Below, piece by piece: positions 25,101-34,900 of a stretch of DNA of 64,000 nt (position 1 is the stretch's first letter; each line of letters starts with the position of its first letter). The stretch covers positions 33,326,232 to 33,390,231 of the forward strand of contig NC_068985.1 of NCBI RefSeq assembly GCF_001194135.2, read 5' to 3'. A program made the translations under genes and the position numbers. Source of the stretch: Octopus bimaculoides (lineage: Eukaryota). The notes below the pieces were generated by a model that had not been told where the DNA came from, did no database searches, and saw only the letters and a list, made by a program, of their open reading frames with translations.

Positions 25101-25487
25101 CCACAGTGGCAGGATGACGACCGGGTCCAGCCTGTGATACACTGGGACACCTGCAGAGCCAGACCCGTTTCCCTGACGTTCCCAAGTCTGTTTTGCCATT
25201 TACTGAATCTGAGACATTTTAGAGTGAGTTACAAGTGCATTTTTAGGTTTCTACCAACCAAGCAATTCAATGATTTTTCTAAGATTTGGTGTACAGGAAA
25301 TACCTGTGCAGATGAATAATTTTCAGTAGGTGTAGCTTGCACTGCACTACCCCCCACCTATTGGCCCAAGAAGACTTTCACCGGTGTGTCATGAAAATTG
25401 ACAAAACCAGGAACTTTCAAGACCAGGTTTTATTTCGGAGTTTTCCTTCTCCTAGGTAGATTACCAACCAAGGTTGAAGTGCTGTAA
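22182..25487 (-). mobile_element. Near full-length decayed RTE (BovB/RTE-1-like) LINE
   Basis: APE endonuclease (NVRTLLDN..RPER.TALIA.EL, VILGDFNARVG, HLIDYIL..., WTDH.LV), RT (LLYADDCDL, FGLTINLKKT, LLYSCEIW, LRWCGHI.RM.DER..KQLFYGEL) and RTE-type 5' end ctaggagaaggaaaactc. Possible TSD ATATGTATATAT at 22170-22181 and 25488-25499. Confidence 0.93.
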
Positions 25488-25789
25488 ATATGTATATATA
25501 TATTTTTTCTTATATGTATATTTTTACTTTTATATATATATATATTATTTTATATCTTTCAATTGCATATCTTTTATTTTTCTTTATATGTATATATATT
25601 ATTTATATTTAATTTTTATTCACACATCGTACCCTTTTTATTTATTTTTTTACATGTATATAGATGTATATTTGTATCTTTCTGATTTGGCGGGCGCCAC
25701 TTGTTTTCTTAACGAAACACTTTCAAACTTGGGACACTGGTAGGATGTGTCATTAAATAAAAAGTGACGCCGCCAAATCAGAAAGATCC

Positions 25790-26730
25790 CTAAGGTGTGG
25801 GCAGGGCAGGGCAGGGAAACTGTCCTGCATGCCTTCGTACAGTGTACGGAATTAACAGGACTGATAACCTTTGCTGAACAACTATTGTCGACAATGGGAA
25901 GAGCACAGCTATCAGCTTAGTCTGTTATAGAAATTGTGCCACTTCCCTCTTTTAACAGGAAGAGGCAGGCCTGTTTTATTTCTGTGTAGTAGCCATACTG
26001 AAAGAGACAGTATGGAAGACGCGTGCAAGAGGGATCACGACAGGTATTTAGTAGAAAGTGGGTTATACATCTTTAGATTGTATACCTGACTTTCTACTAT
26101 AAAATTAAAGAAATAGACGGAACGCTGAACTCCAGACTAAACAACTCAAACAACATTTTATTTAGGTGATAAACATACATATCCTTAGTTATACATCTTT
26201 AGAGGTGAGAATAACGAGCTGTCGAGTATAAGACCGAAAGATGTAGGGACAGCTTTAAACACACGTCCTTGCTCAATCGCTGGCCAGCGTGAAAGAGAAT
26301 GAATTGAGCGGGAAACGCTTGCTTTATTAATTCTACGCATGCGTAAGACTACGCATGCGCAGGCGTTACTACAGGTACTTCCATCACCGGCCAAGGATTG
26401 GTTAGCTTTTTTAGCTTCCACCTGAAGAGTAAGATCAGAGTGGAGAAGAGATACCTGTTGCACATTATGTACACAAAAAGATGGAAGTCTGTAGAAAGGA
26501 TGCTGTGCCTGACTGGAATCAGGTAGGTGGAGCCAGCGAAAAACAAAAGGTATCATGTCGGGCGTCGACTGGATGTCTTGACATCATACAAAAACTTTTA
26601 AATTATGTTTAAATTTTTTAAAATTCATACCATTGTAAACCATCTGACATGACCTCCCACTTTTTATGTATTGTTTGTCCTTGTTTGTCCCCTCTTTGTT
26701 GGACTCATGTGGCCAAATAAAAGAAAGACA
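25790..26730 (+). mobile_element. LTR-like repeat sequence (one or two relics)
   Basis: 25995-26045 (ccatactgaaag....gtatggaagac.cg.gcaag.gggatc.cgacagg) matches the 874-1454 LTR. 26346-26375 matches window start. A candidate TGT(26242)...aataaaagaaagACA(26730) unit is present. Boundaries uncertain. Confidence 0.4.
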
Positions 26731-26933
26731 GTCGGCGAGGTACGCCGTACGGGTCAGTCACGCAGACGACAAAGTTATGTCGTCATAATGTGGGACATAT
26801 CAATAGCGACAAGGATAAGTCCCACTGTATAACGGTGTCTTTATAAGAGTGGTAACGAGGTTACGAATGCTCGTAGGACTGTCGAAGTGGAAGACCTACA
26901 TTCAAGAACAATGAAAGAAAGTTTGAAGGATTC

Positions 26934-27080
26934 GAACTCTAACACAGAACTGAACTTCACACAGCGAAAAAATATATATATAAAGATTCTGAAGAAAAAA
27001 ATGTCTGATTAAATTGGAACTCTAACGCAGAATTGAACTTCACATAGTGAAAAGTAATATACACAGTAAAAATATATAAA
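26934..27080 (+). repeat. ~104-bp tandem repeat, left half of an interrupted array
   Basis: gaactctaacacagaactgaac...aaagattctgaagaaaaaatg units; continues at 30741. Confidence 0.85.
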
Positions 27081-27651
27081 CTAGAAAAGCACTCGGAGAG
27101 CGCAGACCTCCGCCAAACCAGCAGGACAGCATCACCACCACCACATCATCAGCAGCATTGTCATTGCTTTCTCTTCAACCACATACACCGCCACCAACGT
27201 TATCATGACGGTTACCTTGACAGTCACTTTCACCATAACCACTACAATACCACCATTACGCAACTAACACTATCATCAACACCACTATTACCACCATCAC
27301 CTCAGCATCACACATCACACCGCTCCTGCCGCCATTATAACCACCGATACTATTCTATCCTCCTCCCATACTTATCTCAACCATCGTCATCATCAACACT
27401 GTCTCTGCTTTCACCACAATCACCGTCAAAGCTACGATAACCACAATCAGTTTCTTTACACAGTTGAAAATCCATTATCCGATACTCATGGGACCGAGAT
27501 TGTTGCAGATTTTCTAATTTTCTAATTTCGGAGTGCTTTATTAAAAAAAAATTGCATCTACAAAACGGAACAGTTTGAGGATAGAAACCAGGTCTAAATA
27601 CAATAGCTTATAGACATACTCTGAATGTAGTTCTATATAAATCTTTAATAA

Positions 27652-29829
27652 CACTAGTCAACAAAATGAAACTTTTTTTAATCATCAGAGTTGTTGATTG
27701 ACTTTTCTGTGTTAATTTTTTTATGCTGATTACGGATCTGAAGTCCGATTTCCTCTATCAGATCACATTTTCATGTTAATGATACCTGCTGTTTTAACTT
27801 ATAGGATACGTAAAGCATGTCTACATAAAGTATATTGAATAAAAGATACGATAATTTCATGGCTTTTTATTGTACAAAATTAAAATTATTGCGTACAAAT
27901 AAGTTAGAATACACTCAAATGTATAACAACTTTAAGATCTTTGATATTTGGACTTTCTATGGTGTTTTGTCTCAGGTTCATCCCTGTATAACATCCAACA
28001 GTAGTCAGCTAACATTCTCGCATCCCAAAATCCTTGATATCGTCCCATCGATGCAATATCTTGATGAAAGCGTTCCCCTTGCTCATCAAACACTGCTCAA
28101 AAGGTTCTCTGCAAAAAAGTTCAGATGTGAATCAAGGAAATGGGCTTTTAGTGACATCCGACACCCCATTACAGCGTAGGAATTTAGAAGACATTTCACT
28201 CCATTTCTAAACTCTAGAGATCTCTTGTTGCTTATGAAATTTTCACAGAGCCATTTGAAGGATTCCCAGGCTTTAAGCTCAATCTCATCCAGTGATGTGA
28301 GGAAGTGGTTGTTCTTCAGGAGTTCTTTTATCTGTGGACCTATGAATACGCCCTCCTTCAGTTTTGCCTCGGTGATTTTTGGAAATTTGGCCTTCACATA
28401 TTCAAAACCTTTCGAGCTTTTCCTAGCAAGTATCTTCACGAATTGTTTCATGAGGCCAAGCTTTATGTGAAGGTGGGGAAGAAAAACATTTTCTGGGTTT
28501 AAAAGTGGCTTACTCCGGACGCTAGAAACTCCCGGCTCATAAGATTTTCGCAAAGGCCACTCTGATTGCACAGTGCTTGTTAGTTGCATGACTGTCCCAT
28601 AGGCATAAAAAGCAACAATATTTCGTGAACCCAGATTGCATTCCCATCATCATTCCAATCACCTTCAGGTCTCCACATATTTTCCAGCTGTAGTTTGTAT
28701 ACTTTATGTCATTGAGGAGTACTTGCATGTTTTCATAACACTCCTTCATGTGCACTGGGGAATGGATGGTTTCTTATTGCCGTTGTGTATTAGGCTTTTC
28801 TTAGATGAATCAATGAATAAATGCCATTCAGCTGGAACATGCTCTTGGAACAAACAGCAAAATAACTCATCAGTGTTATTACTGAAACGAAGTGGTCCAT
28901 TCCTGAAATGTGTAATACAAACATCTTTCTTAAGCAGTTCAGCTTTATCCTTCGACAATGACAAGTCTCTAACTAAATCATTTAACTCTCCTTGAGAAAA
29001 TTTCTGTGGTACGTCTTCCTTTTCAATCGTGAAATCTGCTTCCGCTTCGGTGTCTTCCACAGCAGTAGTATTTTCTTCAGGAAATACATCTTCGTCAGAC
29101 CTGAAGGCCATTTTCTGGTGGTATTGGAATAGGAAGATCATCATCATTATGTGGTACTAGTTTTCTTGCTGATTCCAAGATGGGATACACAATCTTATGC
29201 TTGGTCTTTACAGTAAACCCACATACATTAACGTTGCAGAAATAACAGTCCATGAAATGATCCTTTGGCTCTCTCTATATCATAGGTATTGCAAACGGCA
29301 TTGCTCTCTTCCTCTTATTTAGCCAATCCCTTAGTCCATTTGAACAAGCTGAGCAGATGATGTGCGGGGCCCAACTCATATCTTGATCCCCGAGAGAGCA
29401 GCCAAAGTATAACTGGTAGATCTTCTTGATTTTACTTGTGATGGCACGTTGCTGAGCTTTAGTGGTAAATGAACCACAGACATGACAAAATATCTCAGGA
29501 CTGTTCTTGCAATGCCTTGACATCCCGAGTAGAATTTGATGATGATGATGACTTGGCACCGTAAACAAAGTAAAATTTATGAAAAGAAAAGATTATGAAA
29601 ACATAAAATTACAAAATGAATACAAATAGTTATAAAACAGAAGTCAGAATTTACCTGTATAAGACATTTACGTGTAACGATACTGCTGATGGAGTTATAT
29701 ACCTCTCTTACCTCATCAGAAAATCTGTGCCTGATAGAAGGAAACCGATTATATTTTTGAAATCTGCAGACAAAACTACACATAAAACACCATATAATAT
29801 CCCTGATGAAAATTGGCTGTTGACCAGTG
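27652..29829 (-). mobile_element. Chapaev3-like (CMC superfamily) DNA transposon, 2178 bp
   Basis: TIRs CACTAGTCAACA / TGTTGACCAGTG; 3-bp TAA TSD at 27649-51 and 29830-32; degraded transposase inside. Family name is from recalled motif/TSD knowledge, not a search. Confidence 0.8.
27932..29523 (-). pseudogene. Disrupted transposase of the Chapaev3-like element
   Basis: Fragments FCHVCG...GDQDMSWAPHIICSAC, QGELNDLVRDLSLSKDKAELL, WKICGDLKVI..MMGMQSGFTKYCCFLCLWDS, LPHLHIKLGLMKQFVK, GCRMSLKAHFLDSHL, DEQGERFHQDI..MLADYCW; several stops and frameshifts. Confidence 0.88.
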
Positions 29830-29924
29830 TAATTTTGTTTTATAAGACCATCAGAAATGTTAAGATATCAGCCTCTACCCACGTTGTCATGCTTTGATTA
29901 AAAGGTTACAACATAGATTAGATT

Positions 29925-30360
29925 ACTTAGATAAGTTTCGGCCGAAGTTGACTCAGGCCACAGTCAGCTCTGGGGAACCGTAATCCATTCAAGCAGAGGG
30001 TTATTGTTTTCAGAGACATATCTGGGTGTGGGTTTTTTATCTGGTATTTGTTGTGGGTAATATCTAGGGATCGTTTGAATGCCGTGAAATCACTTTCCTC
30101 CTTTATGTGTGTCTGGCACGATGTTGAAGAGCAGGGCCAATTGAGGTGAAATAGTTCTGTCATAGTGTTGTGATACGACACGAACATTTCTGTAGTGGAC
30201 GGATGGCACGGGGACCAAGCCTCGGACGAATTTTAAAGATGGGCAATGTTGATGGAATATTTTTCACATCATACAGATGATATAAAGCTCGCAACGGCGG
30301 AGGAGGGAGCAAAACCTGAGCTTTTTGAGTCGATCCCAATAGTAAAGTCTTGTCATGTTA
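29925..30360 (-). mobile_element. CR1-clade LINE 3' fragment nested in the Helentron-like element
   Basis: Reverse strand reads YWDRLKKLR..SL.RR.E.YII...KIFHQHC and HIKEESDFTAFKRSLD, typical of the CR1 RT C-terminus. Confidence 0.75.
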
Positions 30361-30740
30361 TCCTCCGCAGACCTCCACCAAGCAGCTCATTTTAAGATAG
30401 ATACGCGAGTAAAATTACTAATAGAGAAACGAAAATAAACTTTGGAAACAGCAACACCACTATAGGTTACGTGGAAACGATGAACGTATTTTCAAGGGAG
30501 ATAATCAAAGAACGTAACATTGTAATACTTCATGTAAAGTAAATATAACAAATGAAAAATCCTTCAAGAATCCATAAAAATTCCCGGATCATAACCAAAA
30601 TTTCCTCATCTGTTCCTTGTGTCATTACCAACTTTTCCTGCAAGTTTCATCAAATACTGTTCACAACTTTTTGAGTTATTTTGCATACAGACGGACAAAC
30701 TAACGCCAATAAAAACATAACCTCCTTCTTTGGCGGAGGT

Positions 30741-30928
30741 AAAAAAAGATTCTGAAGAAAAAATGTTTGATAAATTTGGAACTGTATCACAGAACTGAAC
30801 TACACACAATGAAAAATAATATACACACAGTGAAAAATATATATAAAAAAAGATTCTGAAGAAAAAATGTCAGATAAAACTGGAACTCTAACACAGAACT
30901 GAACTACACACAGTGAAAAATAATATGT
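30741..30928 (+). repeat. ~104-bp tandem repeat, right half of the interrupted array
   Basis: aaaaaagattctgaagaaaaaatg at 30741 and about 30845. Confidence 0.85.
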
Positions 30929-31381
30929 CCATTTGAACGATTTAAGTCAGGTCACTATATGTTAATAGCGCCACCAGTAAACAGTGTAGACTGGTACTAC
31001 CTGCGGTATTTTGAAAAAAAAAATGGTTCCGTGTAGAACAAATAATAATAATAATAATAGTAAGTCCGTGCAAAGTATTTAAGTCAGGTCGCTATATGTA
31101 GTAGCGCTACCGGTAACAAAGTAGACTGGTACTACCTGCGGCATTTTGAAGAAAGAAAATATAGTTCTGTGTAGAACAAAAAATAATGGTAATAATAATA
31201 ATATTGAGTCCGTGTGAAGGATTTAAGTCAGGTCGCTATGTGTTAGTAGCGCTACATATAAACAATGTAGACTGGTACTACCTGCAGCATTCTGAAGAGA
31301 AAAATAATTCTGTTTGGAAGAAAAAAAAAAAAATAATAATAAGTCCGTGTAAAGGATTTAAGTCAGGTCGCTATGTGTTAC
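30927..31381 (+). repeat. 135-144-bp tandem array, about 3.3 units
   Basis: atttaagtcaggtc at 30940, 31077, 31221 and 31356; each full unit carries gtagactggtactacctgc. Confidence 0.92.
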
Positions 31382-32119
31382 TGTGTGGAAAAAAAAAATA
31401 ATGTTGTGTGAAAGAGGAAAAAAAAAATAATGTTGTGTGAAAGAGGAAAAAAAATCCCAAAGAGGGGAGATGTTGTGGTGGACACCCTCAAGTGAGAAGT
31501 GGGCTGTTCCACTACTGATAAATAGTGGACAGGCACAGTAAGCAGTTTCAGTCGGCGACGTACGCCGTACGGGCCAGTCACGCAGACAACGAAGTTATGT
31601 CGTCATAATGCGGACATATCAGGTCCCTTACTGCTTCCTCTCCTGAGCATTCCATCGACAAAACTTTCCTTAAAATCCTTACTGTACCAAGAAGTGCTGT
31701 CTTCTGCATGATCTATAATTATCAGTAACATGTACAATCGAGTACAGAACCCAAATCCCTCATCAACGTCACAGTTGTTTGCAAGAGCAACAGCAAGATG
31801 ATGCAGGAAATAACAAATAACACAAACATACTTACAAAAAGAGTGGCTTCGACGAACGTCTGTCGAAAACTCCCCAATTAACAAAAACAGACACATACAT
31901 TTGAAACTTTAAAAAAATATATCCAGCAGACATTGGACTCTTTAGACTAAAGTTGGACAAAAGGACTTTGGGAAGGCACTTCAATAATTCAGTTTCAACA
32001 AACTAAGCAGCTGAATCAGCTAGCCTACTCAAAATCCAAGACAAGTGACTTTTCCCCTTTCAATATAGCAGAAAGGGCTGCAAAAGTCTCGGAAACCTAC
32101 TCAGAAACTTCCAACTGTC

Positions 32120-33690
32120 TGACAAGTATCGACTGGATTTCCTTGATGTGCCAGTGTGGATGTGGTGCAACTATAATGGGTCATCCAGATCGTATCTAGA
32201 TAGAGTTTTTGTTAGGTCAGCAGATAGGGATAGTGTAAGTTGTCCATATTTTAAATTAGTAGGCTACACAGTCCACAAATTTGTGACCTGCAGAGTCGAT
32301 TTAGATAGGACCCGTGGACAGGGACCCGGTTGCTAGAAGTTGAATGCGTCCTTTCCGGCATGCAAAAACTACAGGGACTGGATTAGTGAACTAGTTAAGT
32401 GGAAGTTAACGGGAGCAATCGTCAACAACCGGCAGTGGATCGCCCTGAAGGGAGCGATTAGAATTGAATCGATAGCGTTTAGTAAAGAGTTAGCAACAAA
32501 AAGAAATAAATTAGAGAGGAAACTAGTTAATGAACTAAAATAGGCGATTAGTAAAGGCACCGTGACTGATGTGCTAGCGGCGAGAAAGGTCCTTGACTAC
32601 TTCTTTGTGGCGAAACACGAAGGCTGCGTAGTCAGAGTTAAAGCCCGTGAGTTCAAACACGAAGGAGTTGAGGCCGTCCGAACGATAGAGACGGGACGTG
32701 GCAACAAACCCATGATCATGTCATTGAGAATCGGGACGGGCGCGAGCTACTCAGTTCGAAGCAGATTTATGCAGCTTTCTAGTAGCACTTCGCGCGGCTG
32801 TTCAGGAGGATGATAGGTCAGAGTGTACTTGGACGGCCTGTCGCAGCTCTAAATAGCGGATGCAAGGTTCTGCGAAAGGCCGATAACGGCCGTTAAAATA
32901 CAGAAGAGAATGAGAGATAGAACAAGTTGCAAATCGCCTGGTTGGATGGTCTTCCCTAGGAATTCTATGAGTTCATGATAGATTTGTTTGGCGGCCTCTT
33001 GGCAGACGTCTACTATAACTGGCAGCAGAACAGGAGAATTCCTAGTACTGTTAGGTGCGGGAGTGGTGACGCTGCTGAGGAAGAACGCCGACAATGGGGA
33101 CATGCTAGGGAATTTTCGGCCCATAACTCTGCTAAACACAGAGTTTCAGATTTTGGCCAAGATGTTAGCGAAAAGGTTGGCACTTGTGGTCAGTAATCTG
33201 ATCGAGGCAACGCAAACGTGCGCAATCCCGAACAAGTATATCCATAACAACCTCCACCTTATACCATATATCATAGAAAGGGATGGGACTGAAGCTGGCT
33301 TCGATGGGGCTCTGATCCGTTTGGATCAATCCAAAGCATTTGATAAAGTCGGCCATCATGACTTTGAAAGCGGTCTGTTGCGGACGTGATGTACGTGATA
33401 GTTCTCGAGACACCGCTGCAGAAATTAAAACAGTTGAGGGGCATCCCTTTGGAACTGTGACATGGGAGGATGCTTCCGAAGTGGAGATAGTCAGTACCAT
33501 TCTAAAGGAATATGAGTCGGTTGCAAGGGCCAAAATCAACGCCAACAAGTCGGTGGGCTTGCGGTTGGACACCTGAAAAGGCAGGTCGATTACCGTCAGA
33601 TTGTGTCGTTGGACGCTGTACTGACAGACTTGTTAAACTGCTCGGGATCTGGTTCGGTCATCTCCTCATACCGATACTCTGGAGACCAAT
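32120..33690 (+). mobile_element. Decayed L1/Tx1-clade LINE ORF2 fragment with internal deletion
   Basis: NGSSRSYLDRVFV, G.G.WKLNAS, NFRPITLLNTEFQILAKMLAKRL, QTCAIP...IHNNLHLI..I, LDQSKAFDKV, EYESVARAKINANKSVGL. Confidence 0.85.
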
Positions 33691-34679
33691 ACCGAAGGAA
33701 CGCCATAATTTCTAATATAGGGCACAAGACCAGCAAATTTGGGTAAAAAATGTTAGTCGATTCAAATCGAGTATTTATTTCTCAAGTAATTCAAATCTAG
33801 TACTTCACTAGTATTATATTATTTTATTTCAGCGACTCCAGAATGATGAAGGCAAAATTGACTTCGGCAGGCTCGAAACAAATATCACAAGACATTTTGT
33901 CTGACGATCCATAAAATTTCTTTTTGTTGGGTATAGGTACAACCGATTATAACATAATACCATTAAAACAGTAATGAGGGGTGGTGAAAAACGGCAGCAG
34001 TAAAAACAGTTAAAGATGTTCATAAGAGTATAAACTTACACTGCTCTTGTTGAGTAAGTAGATATGTAATACATATATAGTTTATATAGCTCCTTACTTA
34101 GATAAATATAGTTACTGCTGGGCAAGGCACGCAAAGGTAATAAATATCAAGTCAAGTGCATATACAATTATATGAATACATACGTACGTACGAAACAATG
34201 AGTAATAACTTTATGTCCCTATACTATTTTGGTCGTGAAGAATTCTTCAAGACTAAATATGGTTTTACTGTCTTGCCTTTTTCTCTTTTTTCTTTCTTTT
34301 TATTTTTTTAATAAAGATTACTTTCTGACGGTCTTTGTGTATATTTCTCTTACTACTTGTATCCTTTCTACTGTTCATTTTAGGTAACTACACAATAAGT
34401 TTAGAAAAAGAATATGAAAATATAAACACGCTCGCGTCGCGCACGCACACACACCTCTTCATGCAAATATGTATATAACTAGAATATCCGACAACTAACA
34501 TGCGTATATGAACGCTAATTTTTTGAATAACGAGCATCGTAATTCTGCATAAATTTATTATATAAAACACCTTTTATAATTGTAACAGAACTACACGGCT
34601 CTTCGTCACCCCTTAACATTTTACTTACTTTTCAATAACCCACTATAAAAGAAAATGTAAGTCAATAGGGGTTTTAGTC

Positions 34680-34900
34680 AAACAAATCGATACCCGGACT
34701 TATTTTTTAAACTTAGTACTTATTCTATTAATTCCTTTTACTGAACCGCTATGTTATGGGGACGTAAAGGAACCAACACCGATTGTCACGTACTGATTGG
34801 GGGGAGGGACAAACACAAAGACACACGATACGATGGGCTTCGTTCAGTTTCCATCTATTAAATCCAACCACGAGGCTTTGGTAGACCCAAAGCTATATAG
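34680..34900 (-). mobile_element. tRNA-SINE copy retaining its CpGs
   Basis: Same family as 21736-22165. Confidence 0.75.

Larger units (their letters stand above)
27079..30741 (+). mobile_element. Helentron/Helitron2-type non-autonomous element (HINE-like) with nested insertions
   Basis: 5' aactagaaaagcactcggagagcgcag; subterminal IR acctccgccaa (27106-27116) / ttggcggaggt (30730-30740); 3' hairpin acctcc...ggaggt; internal CAC/CAT microsatellite-like tract; inserted in an A-run with no TSD. Confidence 0.75.

Noticed and set aside
30215-30350. Apparent + strand TDDIKL RT motif suggesting a 5'-inverted LINE
   Set aside because: The - strand reading is contiguous CR1 (YWDRLKKL...), so no inversion is needed.
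30927-31381. CRISPR-like repeat/spacer appearance
   Set aside because: Eukaryotic context; the intervening sequences are homologous to each other, so it is a tandem repeat.
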